61,211 nucleotides of DNA from a virus, in the IMG/VR virus record IMGVR_UViG_3300045988_081724; one strand, written 5' to 3'. Every line of letters starts with the position of its first letter. Within the stretch, counting starts at the first letter, position 1. Shown here in pieces: positions 16,663 through 26,757 of the stretch. Position numbers and translations under genes: made by a program. A model generated the notes under the pieces. It was given only the letters and a program-made list of their open reading frames with translations. It had not been told where the DNA came from and did no database searches.

Positions 16663-17343
16663 TCAGGTCGTAGGCGTAGTGCCACCGCCACCTGTGATTG
16701 CTTGATAAGGACTTGCTGTAATGTACGCCGGAGTCGGGTACGGACGAAGCTGATTAACCAGTGCGGCGCTCTGCATCACTTGAGACAGATTAAACGTTGC
16801 AGACTGGAGATCGCGGTCACGGTCTGCCAGTTTGTCACGAAGTTCCTGAATCTGATTGGAGAGCATGAGCCCACGGGTCTTTTCAGCCTCTTCGTGAATA
16901 GCGGTCTTAATCTCGCAAGTGTTCTTATAGTTCTCTGCCTTAACGCTGTCAATATTGCGGTTAGTTTCGCAGCAGCATTGTTGTTGGGCAAAGCGGTTCT
17001 CCGCAAGCTGACTACCGAGAGCATAGTTCCCTTGCATGACAGTTTTTTCAAGTCCAGCCTGTCCTTGAAGAATAGTGTTGTTCAGGGAATACGCAGAATC
17101 GGCAAGTCCGTAGCCAATTCCACGAATTTGCCCCATCTCGTCTTGGTGATTAAAACCTGCCTGCATCTCTGCCTGTGTCAGCCCGGAACGGTTTCCAAAA
17201 CCGCCAAAGCCGCCACCTCCCATCAAGGCGAAAATCACGATAATCCACATGAACCACATGCCGCAGCTGTCGCCCCATCCGTTTCCGCCTTTTTCGTTCA
17301 GGTTCCAAACGGGGGCAATACCTTCATTACCTTCCATTTTCAT
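16663..17343 (-). CDS. Glycine-rich membrane protein (hypothetical)
   Basis: TM segment WFMWIIVIFALMGGGGFGGFG. The opposite-strand ORF 16642..17361 is an antisense shadow. Confidence 0.4.
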   Translation of the reverse strand: MKMEGNEGIAPVWNLNEKGGNGWGDSCGMWFMWIIVIFALMGGGGFGGFGNRSGLTQAEMQAGFNHQDEMGQIRGIGYGLADSAYSLNNTILQGQAGLEKTVMQGNYALGSQLAENRFAQQQCCCETNRNIDSVKAENYKNTCEIKTAIHEEAEKTRGLMLSNQIQELRDKLADRDRDLQSATFNLSQVMQSAALVNQLRPYPTPAYITASPYQAITGGGGTTPTT

Positions 17344-17376
17344 ACCTCCTTCAAAACTTGATATATAAAACCCCAG

Positions 17377-17649
17377 CTAGAGGTTTAAGCCAAAAGAAGA
17401 AAGGAAGTCTGAAAACTGCTTTTCGTTCATGCCACGTTGTCGAGCCAAGTTTTGTGCGATGACCTTTAACTCATCATCACTTTTGCCTTTCCCCATCTGC
17501 ATAGCCCGTCCCATCAGCGGATTGCTATTAGCCATGTTGCTTAACATCGCCATGGGGTTTTGTGCTTGCTTTAGCATTCCGATCAGTTGCATTGGATTCA
17601 TTTTCTGCGCTCCTTCCTTGTAACTCTCGAACCATCGCTTCCAATTCAT
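17377..17649 (-). CDS. Hypothetical protein (90 aa; overlaps next ORF)
   Basis: ORF. Confidence 0.3.
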   Translation of the reverse strand: MNWKRWFESYKEGAQKMNPMQLIGMLKQAQNPMAMLSNMANSNPLMGRAMQMGKGKSDDELKVIAQNLARQRGMNEKQFSDFLSSFGLNL

Positions 17650-17989
17650 TTACCTTCTCTTCCAGTGATTCCACGGGATTTTTGATAGGCTTTTTAGACA
17701 GTTCGTAGATTTTATAGACAGGATTTCCATTTAAATCTATTGATTTTTCGTAAATTCTGCCTTCGGATGGGGACGGAAAATAGGCAGCCGTTCCATCAAG
17801 CATAACCTGCGCCGCCTTTACCTCTTCCATGCATGTAACGGTTCTTCCTCGAAGAGGGGATACCTGTTGCTGCATTTGTTGAGCAGCCTGTAATTGCTGC
17901 GCTTGATAGCCCTCCAACTGATTTAAGCGTGCTTGCATCTGCGGCACTGCACCGTACATTCCAGTTTGGTAATCTGGGTATCCATACAT
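17528..17989 (-). CDS. Hypothetical Q-rich protein (153 aa)
   Basis: ORF. Confidence 0.4.
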   Translation of the reverse strand: MYGYPDYQTGMYGAVPQMQARLNQLEGYQAQQLQAAQQMQQQVSPLRGRTVTCMEEVKAAQVMLDGTAAYFPSPSEGRIYEKSIDLNGNPVYKIYELSKKPIKNPVESLEEKVNELEAMVRELQGRSAENESNATDRNAKASTKPHGDVKQHG

Positions 17990-18050
17990 TTACCCCACCT
18001 CCTATAGGTATTATCTCATCTTACAAAAGAATAATGGTGTAACAAAAGCC

Positions 18051-18308
18051 CTAAAAATATCCCAGTTTTCTTCCAGATTTGTACATCTTTTTAGAGATAC
18101 GCCGTGCAATCCTCGCCACACTCTTCCTCGTAAGCGACTGGTCAATAGCAATCTCCTTAAAAGTCATCCCTTCGATAAGTCTCATGCGTATGTATTTCAA
18201 CTCGTCGGGTGTAAAGATGGCGGCTTGAAGCATCGCGTCAAGCTCTTCACGGTCAACCGCTTTTAGCCATTCTTTAACCACCCTTCGCTCAGGTCCCATG
18301 ATAATCAC
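18051..18308 (-). CDS. Small sigma-70 region-4-like HTH protein (candidate late-gene regulator)
   Basis: RMRLIEGMTFKEIAIDQSLTRKSVARIARRISKKM fits the sigma region 4.2 pattern. Confidence 0.5.
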   Translation of the reverse strand: MIIMGPERRVVKEWLKAVDREELDAMLQAAIFTPDELKYIRMRLIEGMTFKEIAIDQSLTRKSVARIARRISKKMYKSGRKLGYF

Positions 18309-18336
18309 CTTTCCTTTCGTTGCTCATGATGTTTGT

Positions 18337-18358
18337 ATCAAAATTCTTATGATATAAG
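18337..18358. promoter_or_regulatory. Palindrome AATTCTTAT-gat-ATAAGAATT upstream of the sigma-like gene (candidate operator)
   Basis: Perfect 9-bp arms sharing the AAGAATT half-site with the switch-region palindrome. Confidence 0.3.
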
Positions 18359-18360
18359 AA

Positions 18361-18816
18361 TTAGATGGTGGCTACATACTGCTTGAACAGTTTACCCTCC
18401 GGCATATCGGGGTCGTCCCAATAGAGAGCTTTAGCCACCGCGATATACTTTTCAGGGTCTTTGCCTAAGACGTTAGAGAGGTCGCTATACAACATGTTAA
18501 TCGCGTAGTACAAATCTGCAGGATGGTCAATGTTACGTCTCTTGGCTTCCTCCTCCACCTCTGCAAACGTCCAGTGCTGACCAGTAGTTCCGTCAACATT
18601 TGCCATATTGGCTACCGCCTTGATAGCAATATCGGTATCAAAATACGGACCGCAGTCCAGCTCGTGCAGTTTGAGTAACATACGTTTTGCTTTTGGGTCT
18701 GCGGTGTCTAAAGTAAGACTATCCAAATATTCACAGATAGCATTGTGCAATTCGCGAGTCTTCGTGCCATCCGAAGCGTCCGAAGACATATCAAGATATT
18801 CCCTAGCAGTAAGCAT
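18361..18816 (-). CDS. Hypothetical protein (151 aa)
   Basis: ORF. Confidence 0.45.
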   Translation of the reverse strand: MLTAREYLDMSSDASDGTKTRELHNAICEYLDSLTLDTADPKAKRMLLKLHELDCGPYFDTDIAIKAVANMANVDGTTGQHWTFAEVEEEAKRRNIDHPADLYYAINMLYSDLSNVLGKDPEKYIAVAKALYWDDPDMPEGKLFKQYVATI

Positions 18817-18851
18817 ATTACCCCCCCTATATTAAAACAAAACTATAGTTT

Positions 18852-19229
18852 TTAATAATCGGTAACGACTGGTGTACTGTTATTGATTTCTGCACTCCAT
18901 CTAATAGTAAACGAGGCAGGACTTTTGTCTGGGTAATCGTTAGGTGCACTCCCATACCAGTAGACGCCGCTAGAACTTTGCAAAAATGGTTCGCCCTCAT
19001 CACCTGTATGATGTATAAACGGCACCCATCCGCCAAGCCAGTAAGTTTTATTAGGGGTTACACCAACGTAACGACCATCTACACTAACTACTCTAACTCC
19101 ATCGGGCACGGTAAACGAGGCTGAGTTATAACCATTAACGGTGATAGTGGTACTTCCGCTCGGCACCGCTACACTTGCTGCCGATGCAGTAAATGATGTA
19201 TTGCTTGTAAATGTTCCTGATTTCATCAA
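18852..19229 (-). CDS. Small tail-fiber-associated protein, paralog A
   Basis: Shares N-terminal pattern (...TFSAS.AS...P.G...VN.T.FTVP.G..V) with 19269..19661. Confidence 0.5.
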   Translation of the reverse strand: MMKSGTFTSNTSFTASAASVAVPSGSTTITVNGYNSASFTVPDGVRVVSVDGRYVGVTPNKTYWLGGWVPFIHHTGDEGEPFLQSSSGVYWYGSAPNDYPDKSPASFTIRWSAEINNSTPVVTDY

Positions 19230-19268
19230 ATCAACTCCCTTGTTACTAATCCATTGTTGTTTTACGAT

Positions 19269-19661
19269 TTAGGCATGGTAATGTTTGACGTCTACGGAGT
19301 GAGTGTTTATTGATGGAGACCATTCTATAGTGATAGAACCAGGAGTATTGCCACCACCTATTTCCTCCATAGTGCCAGTAATGTATCCGTGGGACTCACA
19401 TAGAACCTCAAGCGTATACATTTCCGCGTCAACACCGTCGCGATAGGATTCATCGTAGTATAATTTGTGTTTTGTATTTGGAGTAACGCCTACATAAGCA
19501 CTCAGGTAACGATTATGCATACAGAGAACTGTTATTCCTGCTGGAACTGTAAAATTTACAGTATTGAAACCTAACTCTATGCGTCCTGTCGGTATGATAA
19601 TACTTGCTTCACTAGCACTAAATGTCATATTGCTATTGATCCTCCCCCCCCGCATTGACAT
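19269..19661 (-). CDS. Small tail-fiber-associated protein, paralog B
   Basis: Paralog of 18852..19229. Confidence 0.5.
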   Translation of the reverse strand: MSMRGGRINSNMTFSASEASIIIPTGRIELGFNTVNFTVPAGITVLCMHNRYLSAYVGVTPNTKHKLYYDESYRDGVDAEMYTLEVLCESHGYITGTMEEIGGGNTPGSITIEWSPSINTHSVDVKHYHA

Positions 19662-20055
19662 TTAATGTCCCTGCGGTATAGCCATCAGCAGGGACGACTT
19701 CTGCTTCATAGGATGTACCCTTTGGGATAGTAAAGGACGATGTGTGATCTGTACCCCCGCTCTTTTGCGGCGTGTATACGTGGATCGTCTGATTGGCACT
19801 TTGTGTAATTGTTACATTGACATAAGTGACGGCTTCTTTCCATGCAGCATAGATCACACCGTCTTTTTCTACTCTTAAATGGGTCGCATTGGCATCTGTG
19901 GTACTTCCTAGCTTTACATACCCTTTTGCTCCGTCAACCTCAAGAGCGAGGTAAGGACTGCCGCCTACTTCTTCGGCTGTTGTATAAATATTACAGGTCT
20001 CTTCTGTACCACCTGACTTTAAGATATGCAGTTTTTTAGTAAGTGTACCCATCAA
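19633..20055 (-). CDS. Hypothetical protein (140 aa) downstream of the tail fibre
   Basis: ORF. Confidence 0.45.
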   Translation of the reverse strand: MMGTLTKKLHILKSGGTEETCNIYTTAEEVGGSPYLALEVDGAKGYVKLGSTTDANATHLRVEKDGVIYAAWKEAVTYVNVTITQSANQTIHVYTPQKSGGTDHTSSFTIPKGTSYEAEVVPADGYTAGTLNVNAGGEDQ

Positions 20056-20219
20056 GTCCTCCTATTCCACCCATATTTGTTTACCATCAATATCCAACAC
20101 TGTATCATGGTCAAGTGTTTTCAGTTTATCTAACTCTACATACAGACGGTCGCGTTGGAGTTCGATGATATGATACTCATCGGTGGTATAGCCGCCTAGC
20201 CAATGTATAATGTAATTTT

Positions 20220-21818
20220 TTATTCGACCCATAACTCGCTCCCGTTGATACTAATATGACCGTTAGATAACGGAACATAATTTGCTTTAACGTAGTTTTG
20301 AGTGGCTACGGCATCCCCATTTACATTCAGATGCATGTTGTCTCCACCCGTAATGATTTCTACGCCGCCAGTAGTTTGAATCACGAAATCGCCAGTGCTA
20401 CCATCTATGCTCGAATTGCCAATATCAATTATGTGATTATTCATCGTAAGGTCGCTGTCTGCTTCTTTTTTCATATATGGGGTAAGGTCTGGGGTGCTCC
20501 CTTCAGTAATGTCAGATTTAGTAATATATCCAGCGTCATTAGTAAGCTGACTAACTTTGGTCGGGATATCAGCTCTCACTTCAGCTTTAGCTGCTGAAAT
20601 TTCAAGACTAATATCAGCGTTAGTTATGTATCTTGAATCATTAGTGAGCTGGCTGACTTTTGTAGGGATTGCATCCTGTAGTCTCTTATGCTCTATTTGT
20701 GCGTCTGCCTTGCTTTCTTTCTCGCCTATCTTGTTCAAGACGGTGGTGGCAAAATTAGGGTCGTTTCCTAACGCACTTGCAAGCTCTTGCAACGTGTCTA
20801 ATGCGGTCGGCGCGCCGTTAACTAAATTACTTACCACGCCATGAACAAATTCAGTATTAGCGATGGTCTTTGAGTTGTTTTCCGTCGATGGTGTTGGCAC
20901 GCTTGTCTCTCCGCTTGCAGTGAGCTTGCCCGAGAAGGTAGTCTGCCCCGTTACCGTGCCGCCAGTCAGTTTCAAATAGCGAGTATCAATAGACTTCCAG
21001 TCGCTAAATGTATATGTCGTCGTAGCATCTACTGTTGTCTCCGTGGCAAAGCGATAAAACGAAACGCCGCTTGCGTCAACAACGCGTTGCATTAGCACAT
21101 CATCGATTTGGTAGTCATACAAATAAGACGGAACGACATCAAAAAAGACTGGATAAGTAACTCCTGTAGGACAATGCAAAAGAGCATTTGGAAGATAGAT
21201 TCTTCCGTAATCGGTTAAATCATTTGCGTCAGTCTTATCCGTTGTAGTGTATCTTTGACTTTCTTGTATAGTCATCATGCACTGACTAATCCCTTTTGAG
21301 TTCCCATCAATGCTTTGCTTGTTCTCCGCAACTTGCTTTTTTAATTCACTGATATTCGTTAAATTCCCATTAATCTGTGTTTGTTGTCCGTTAACAGTGT
21401 TTTGGAGTGTCGCAATAGAAGAAGAATTGGCGGCGATACTGACTTCATTCGTTTCTGCTTTTTTAAGTGCTTTATCTGCTGTTTCTTGTGCAGCGTCAGC
21501 CTTACTAATTCCGGTATTACCAAGTTCAGTGGCACGGTCAGCCGTAGACTGTGCGTTTTGTGCTGCATTTAACGCAGTTCGCGCCGCTTCGCTTGCTTCA
21601 AGCCCAGTTTTAAGTGCTTTCGATGCCGTTTTCTGTGCAAAGTATGCATAATTCCCGATATCGTTGATAACGTCTTCGGTCTGCTGTTCAAAAATCAGCC
21701 CCGGCAGTACGCCTTCATCGGGAACGTAGTGAAACTCAAAAAGTTTCTCCGTTGGCTGTTCAGGGCTAGAATCAGGTTCAGGATTCACATATTTCCGCAT
21801 ACTACTCCTCCTAATCAT
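20220..21818 (-). CDS. Tail fiber protein
   Basis: Coiled-coil N-terminus; motif TALDTLQELASALGNDPNFATTV; internal repeat IPTKVSQLTND(S/A)(R/G)YIT. Confidence 0.75.
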   Translation of the reverse strand: MIRRSSMRKYVNPEPDSSPEQPTEKLFEFHYVPDEGVLPGLIFEQQTEDVINDIGNYAYFAQKTASKALKTGLEASEAARTALNAAQNAQSTADRATELGNTGISKADAAQETADKALKKAETNEVSIAANSSSIATLQNTVNGQQTQINGNLTNISELKKQVAENKQSIDGNSKGISQCMMTIQESQRYTTTDKTDANDLTDYGRIYLPNALLHCPTGVTYPVFFDVVPSYLYDYQIDDVLMQRVVDASGVSFYRFATETTVDATTTYTFSDWKSIDTRYLKLTGGTVTGQTTFSGKLTASGETSVPTPSTENNSKTIANTEFVHGVVSNLVNGAPTALDTLQELASALGNDPNFATTVLNKIGEKESKADAQIEHKRLQDAIPTKVSQLTNDSRYITNADISLEISAAKAEVRADIPTKVSQLTNDAGYITKSDITEGSTPDLTPYMKKEADSDLTMNNHIIDIGNSSIDGSTGDFVIQTTGGVEIITGGDNMHLNVNGDAVATQNYVKANYVPLSNGHISINGSELWVE

Positions 21819-22713
21819 CTGCTTTAATCAAAAAACGTACCGTCGCATTTACAGGGCGGTTCTCATCTGCCGTAGGAACCACACGAGAAGCATCGAATTC
21901 TAGGCGGCATCCATTGCCACCACTGCTTGATGAAATATCAAAAGACAAATGAGCACCTTTTTTAAATGCCCCCTTCGGTGTAACGCTATTCGCATGCTCG
22001 CCAACCATTGAATCATCCGCAGAAAATGAGCCTGTAATATTTCGTATAGCATCTCCTTGCTTAGTTCCGACTGCCGGAGAGGTATGAACTGTGCCATTAA
22101 CGGTCTGTGACCCTTGCCCTCGCAGAAATAGTCCTCTATAGTCCGGGATAGTTGTAGAGCCAATAGCAGCCACAAGGTTCGGATAATTCGAAACGTTCCG
22201 CCCATCGCAATCAAGCCACACGCCATAGTCCTCTGATGGATTCTTTGCATAGCCCCAAATAATAATCGTTCCAATCGGTACACCACCACCGCCAACTTTT
22301 AAGCCGAGTGTTTTAGCATTTTGGTGAAGATATTCCACAAGTGTGACCCAATACGAATTATCTGTACCAGGTTCTTTCACGGCGGTATCCGTGCCGTTTT
22401 CTTTCACGCACCACCAAAGAACTCCGTTATGGTAAATAACGGCAGGTGGCGCATAGTTCAATTTGTTTGACCATGCGAATTTGCCACCGCTCTGCCCGAA
22501 GAAAGCAAACATACTGAGAAGGTTAAAAATACCGTTAAAATCCTTTCGGGACGGCGGTAGTCCTCCGATGGAGAGCGGCGTCTCTGTGATTTGCGGAAAG
22601 CCGAGTGAAAAACTGGCGTCACCCTTCCCTTCCGTACCATTCTCCGGAATGGTGTTTTTATTCCCATTCTGTGCAAACGGCATAGGAATGAGAGTGGGCT
22701 GTGTAGGTTTCAT
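21811..22713 (-). CDS. Tail fiber / tail-collar domain protein
   Basis: PIGTIIIWGY...NYPNLVAAIG... phage tail-collar-like segment. Confidence 0.65.
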   Translation of the reverse strand: MKPTQPTLIPMPFAQNGNKNTIPENGTEGKGDASFSLGFPQITETPLSIGGLPPSRKDFNGIFNLLSMFAFFGQSGGKFAWSNKLNYAPPAVIYHNGVLWWCVKENGTDTAVKEPGTDNSYWVTLVEYLHQNAKTLGLKVGGGGVPIGTIIIWGYAKNPSEDYGVWLDCDGRNVSNYPNLVAAIGSTTIPDYRGLFLRGQGSQTVNGTVHTSPAVGTKQGDAIRNITGSFSADDSMVGEHANSVTPKGAFKKGAHLSFDISSSSGGNGCRLEFDASRVVPTADENRPVNATVRFLIKADD

Positions 22714-23360
22714 TCTGTCATCACCTCGCTAGAATTAAAAAAGCGTCCGCAGTCAAAGGGCTGCAAACCGCTTCCTAAAAAACCAAATATAGAGCTTTCG
22801 TCAATAGCAAGAAATTCCCATCCGACACCTGCGTTCAGCGTCAGCAAGCCGCCTGCTTGAAAGGTGGCTTTTTCTTCTGTTGTCAGGTCTTTATTCGTGT
22901 ACCATCGTACATGCATCGGATATTTGTTGTAGTGCTTTCCGTCCTCTTCGCCCTCATGAATAATGGCATAGACTTTTATATCATCATTCGGGAAAAGAAT
23001 ACTTGTCATCTTATTCAGCGTGGCAAGACTTGTATCCGTAATGTTTGCAAGAGCTTTGTACTTTAAGAGACTGCGGTATAAGTCATCATTTAGGGTAAAG
23101 GATTGGTCTTTGTAAGAAAGCGTGCGCTCGATCCCGATAATGCATCCCAATACATCCAGTCCTTTTCCAACCGCTGTATCAAGGCTCATCACGTTGTCGA
23201 TAAACAGGCGAATATCTGCAGTAGGAGAAATTTCATCGCGAAACTTTTCAAGAAGTCGGCATATCGTAACACTGTGCGAATATTGCGACTGAATGTAGTT
23301 CTGTGGTTCTTCTCGAATGTCGGGATTCGCTCGAACGTCTGTCGTAGCATGAAAATTCAT
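22710..23360 (-). CDS. Baseplate-associated protein (DUF2313/XkdT-like, tentative)
   Basis: Position between the baseplate J gene and the fibre genes. Confidence 0.45.
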   Translation of the reverse strand: MNFHATTDVRANPDIREEPQNYIQSQYSHSVTICRLLEKFRDEISPTADIRLFIDNVMSLDTAVGKGLDVLGCIIGIERTLSYKDQSFTLNDDLYRSLLKYKALANITDTSLATLNKMTSILFPNDDIKVYAIIHEGEEDGKHYNKYPMHVRWYTNKDLTTEEKATFQAGGLLTLNAGVGWEFLAIDESSIFGFLGSGLQPFDCGRFFNSSEVMTE

Positions 23361-24565
23361 GAAATCACCTCAATTTCGATATTCTCTTTTGCAAGTGTAG
23401 GGAGCTTGTCGAGCGGTATTTCCAGTTTATCACTATACGTTCCGCTTGCCGCAGGAAATTTAATTTTAATGGTTTGTAAGTTCTCTACGCCTGCAAGAAT
23501 AACGGACTTATAAAAGCGACTGGCATAAACAGTCTGTCCCATTTTCACTCTGCCATGCTCTGCTTCCTGTCCCTCAAAATTTTTAACCAATGCGCTTCGA
23601 ATGTCATCCTCAAATGTAGCTGATGTTTGAGGCGTCTTGACCATAGATATTTTAATACCGAAGGGAACTGTTTCCGGAATCTCATAATAATAATCATGGT
23701 TACTTCCGACGGTCGGGTCTTTGATGGTTACTTTCGTATTTCCAGCGAAGCCACATCCCCCACCGAGCTTCATGTGAATAGCCATGCCGATCTGATCCGG
23801 ATTTCCGCCATAAACAGAAAGGTAGATAGAGTGAGGCGGTATAGTTACCCCTTTTCTTACGATAGATATGTCTCCGCGATTTTGTTCGCAAGCGCACGCA
23901 ATAACGCCGCTGAGGTTAGCAACTGTTCCCTCAACGCTTTCGGCTGTGCCGTGCGCGTTTTTGGATACGCTTTCATAGCGCCTTGTCTCAAATTCGGATT
24001 GCGTTTCTACATCTCGCCCCGTAGCACCTGCCGCATTATTTGATACTGTATCCCATCCCGGTATAACGGTAATAATAGTGTTCACGGCTTTTACTCCGAC
24101 TTCCACAGCCCCATAAACGGAGCAACGGAATACGCACTCCACTATCCCTTCTGACGGGATGACGGCTGCCGTGGTATTGTAAAATGTATTCCCATTGACG
24201 TCCTGCACGACTGCACCGTAGGGAATCACCGTGCCATACAGTCCTCGACATTGACAGGTGACGTAGGTTGGTTGAGCAACCTGCCTTTGCAAAAAATAAA
24301 TCTGAGCTAATGCGTCTTGAAAAACGCCTGTCGCAGTTTTGGGATTAAACCCATTTGCAAGCCTTAGCAAGTCATTATCCTTCTGACTTACAAGAGCGGT
24401 CTGTCCATCTATAAGCTGTCCGGCAGGTGTTTCAGGATCAGTCACAAGCTCGGGACTTCCTTCGCTGACGTTAAACGCCTTTTTCCAGTCGCTTGCAATT
24501 CGCTTTCTAACGACGGCAGTATCTTCGACCGTTACACCAGTTTTCGAGTCAAATACAAGAGCCAT
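23357..24565 (-). CDS. Baseplate J-like protein
   Basis: 402 aa; baseplate J family architecture and position. Confidence 0.65.
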   Translation of the reverse strand: MALVFDSKTGVTVEDTAVVRKRIASDWKKAFNVSEGSPELVTDPETPAGQLIDGQTALVSQKDNDLLRLANGFNPKTATGVFQDALAQIYFLQRQVAQPTYVTCQCRGLYGTVIPYGAVVQDVNGNTFYNTTAAVIPSEGIVECVFRCSVYGAVEVGVKAVNTIITVIPGWDTVSNNAAGATGRDVETQSEFETRRYESVSKNAHGTAESVEGTVANLSGVIACACEQNRGDISIVRKGVTIPPHSIYLSVYGGNPDQIGMAIHMKLGGGCGFAGNTKVTIKDPTVGSNHDYYYEIPETVPFGIKISMVKTPQTSATFEDDIRSALVKNFEGQEAEHGRVKMGQTVYASRFYKSVILAGVENLQTIKIKFPAASGTYSDKLEIPLDKLPTLAKENIEIEVIS

Positions 24566-24576
24566 TGTTTCACCTC

Positions 24577-24963
24577 CTAGATTTCAACAGAAACAGTCTG
24601 CTCGCTATCAGTCACATAGACTGTCCCACCTATAATTCTTTTGTTTTCATCAAAGTCAAGAGATACCTTGCAATCCCTCACGCCTTCAACCGCCATGCAA
24701 GTCTTATAAATTCTGTTTATCAAGACTGATTGCGAAATTTTATATGGCTTGCCAAGCTCCACATCGAAGTGCGGTATCCCTTTTGTTCGATCGAAATAAG
24801 CATCATTCGTGAAAAGTCGTATGGCATTGGCGGCAGTTTGTGCGGTGGCATATGAGCCAGTGGTTGTTGCTATATTTCCTGCTTTGTCAACTTCAATATC
24901 CCATTCGTCATTCAAGAGTAACGTCTGCATGATTCTCACCACCCGTCTTGCGATTCTATTCAA
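24577..24963 (-). CDS. Baseplate wedge protein (gp25/XkdS-like, tentative)
   Basis: 128 aa, immediately upstream of the baseplate J gene. Confidence 0.45.
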   Translation of the reverse strand: MNRIARRVVRIMQTLLLNDEWDIEVDKAGNIATTTGSYATAQTAANAIRLFTNDAYFDRTKGIPHFDVELGKPYKISQSVLINRIYKTCMAVEGVRDCKVSLDFDENKRIIGGTVYVTDSEQTVSVEI

Positions 24964-24995
24964 CTTTCCGCTTTTGGAAATTCACTTTACTACTT

Positions 24996-25610
24996 TTAGT
25001 GTGCTTTGCTCGTCTCTCCATGTACGCCCGTATGCGTATGGTTTTGTAAGCTAATGCCGCCCGCGATAACATCGCCATTAACATGTACATTGCCGTTGAT
25101 TGTTACTCCACTCGTTGCGTTGATAACCATCGTGTTATCCTGTTTGAGTTCTACGTAGGTGGCAGGCTTTCGATTCAGAAATCCACCAACATAAAAACCG
25201 TCTGATTGTGAAAACCTGCGGTAACTTCCGGGCTTCTGTGGTTCATCGCTTTCTGCGGTTACACAAGACGTATCGGCATCAGTAAATACTGCAAGTCCCT
25301 TGTCACCAACAACGGGATCAATAATCAAAGCAGCATTGCCACCTTGCACTCGTGCGTATGGAAGATGGTAAAGCGTGACAGGCTTCACGAACTCGCCCTT
25401 ACCATTCACCGTACCGACAAGGGGAAGAACATCAACATAGCCAGTAGTTTCTCCTGTATATACCGCTTGCACCTTGACAGGAACGGCGATAGACATTTGG
25501 GAAAGGGCTTGCTGAATGAGAAAGCCGATGGCGTTCCCTGCACTTTTATTCGTATACGGAGATCGCTTTCCTTGTACCGCTTTATCATCATTCATGAGTC
25601 TGCCCTCCAT
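24996..25610 (-). CDS. Baseplate spike/assembly protein V (Mu gp45-like)
   Basis: C-terminal ...GGISLQNHTHTG... motif. Confidence 0.6.
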   Translation of the reverse strand: MEGRLMNDDKAVQGKRSPYTNKSAGNAIGFLIQQALSQMSIAVPVKVQAVYTGETTGYVDVLPLVGTVNGKGEFVKPVTLYHLPYARVQGGNAALIIDPVVGDKGLAVFTDADTSCVTAESDEPQKPGSYRRFSQSDGFYVGGFLNRKPATYVELKQDNTMVINATSGVTINGNVHVNGDVIAGGISLQNHTHTGVHGETSKAH

Positions 25611-26479
25611 ACAGCATCAATTTTTGTATGCCAGTTTCCGCCGCTCGAATTGTATGCCTCTAAATCATGATGAATTTTTGTTACTCGCCAAACGCCGGTA
25701 GCTTTAGGAACTATACTTTCAAGTTTAATCAATCCGCCTATTTCAATAAGCGAATTAAAAAGACATTCACACTCAATCCCATCATTCGTGAATGACGGGT
25801 ATCCGATGAGTCCAGTATCTTTACTAATGAGCGGAATAATACATTCCCGATTGTCTTTGTATGACGGGAGAATAACAAATTTTCCATTATCTATGAGAAG
25901 GTCAATTCCAGTTTGTTTTGCAAGCAGTCTAGCCTTCACAATGGGCGTCCCTGCAAATACGCAGTTACTCACGCTTCCCGTTACTCCTTTATTCTCAAGG
26001 GCATACCCAGCTTCTGTCGCGAACTGCTTCATGAGATATTCGATCGTCGTCTCACCCTGTACGCTGACAGGTGGCGTAGACTTTTGCAAGGGATAGTACC
26101 CACTTGCGGCTTCTATCTTGAACGTAACATCGCCCTCGGTTGAGAAAACGGGAATTGCGCTAACGATTTCTCCCTGAAACACAAGATCAAGATCGCGCCC
26201 TTCTTCGCCTGCCATAACCTTAATTACATTGTTGTAGGTTTGTAACTGACGGAAAGACAAAACCGTAAGCTGCTCCATTAAATTGAGCTTGAGATTTTTT
26301 GCTTCGATGGAGCATTTCGGTAGTTCATCACCCCCTGTTTTATCCATAGTGATATGGATTGGAACCGGGGGAAGTGTGATTTCGTTATTTCCTCTACTAT
26401 CGAATGTCCCTTCTGCGAGCGCGATAGTCACTTTAATAGATTTTTTCCAAAACATAGTCACGCACCATCCGTATAGCAA
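25592..26479 (-). CDS. Tail/baseplate hub protein (XkdQ-like, tentative)
   Basis: Position and size. Confidence 0.45.
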   Translation of the reverse strand: MLYGWCVTMFWKKSIKVTIALAEGTFDSRGNNEITLPPVPIHITMDKTGGDELPKCSIEAKNLKLNLMEQLTVLSFRQLQTYNNVIKVMAGEEGRDLDLVFQGEIVSAIPVFSTEGDVTFKIEAASGYYPLQKSTPPVSVQGETTIEYLMKQFATEAGYALENKGVTGSVSNCVFAGTPIVKARLLAKQTGIDLLIDNGKFVILPSYKDNRECIIPLISKDTGLIGYPSFTNDGIECECLFNSLIEIGGLIKLESIVPKATGVWRVTKIHHDLEAYNSSGGNWHTKIDAVWRADS

Positions 26480-26757
26480 AGAATGAACCGACTCCCTAGT
26501 TCCGCATAGTTCGGTTCTTTGTTTTTTCGCTTAACGTCTGTAAAAAACAGATACCCATTAAAATACGGCGTCGGGTAAGCAAGTATCGAAGTAGCGGACA
26601 GGCACATCGCCCCAGTGCGTATCATCTTGTCATCTACAGCGAAATCCATGTAAAGATAATTGCCTCGTTGGAAAAGGTGAATCGTACAGTTTTGGTCGTT
26701 TAATACGACATTGAACCGCTGATTAGGAATAGCCTTTAGAGGTATTTTTCGTATCAT
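26458..26757 (-). CDS. Hypothetical tail protein (99 aa)
   Basis: ORF. Confidence 0.4.
   Translation of the reverse strand: MIRKIPLKAIPNQRFNVVLNDQNCTIHLFQRGNYLYMDFAVDDKMIRTGAMCLSATSILAYPTPYFNGYLFFTDVKRKNKEPNYAELGSRFILCYTDGA

Noticed and set aside
16642-17361. 239-aa plus-strand ORF
   Set aside because: It is an antisense shadow of the minus-strand Gly-rich membrane protein gene. The translation is Arg/Cys-rich and non-protein-like, and no RBS is present.
17377-17989. Two overlapping minus-strand ORFs as a programmed frameshift pair
   Set aside because: No slippery heptamer was seen at the overlap. An internal start for the downstream ORF is more likely.
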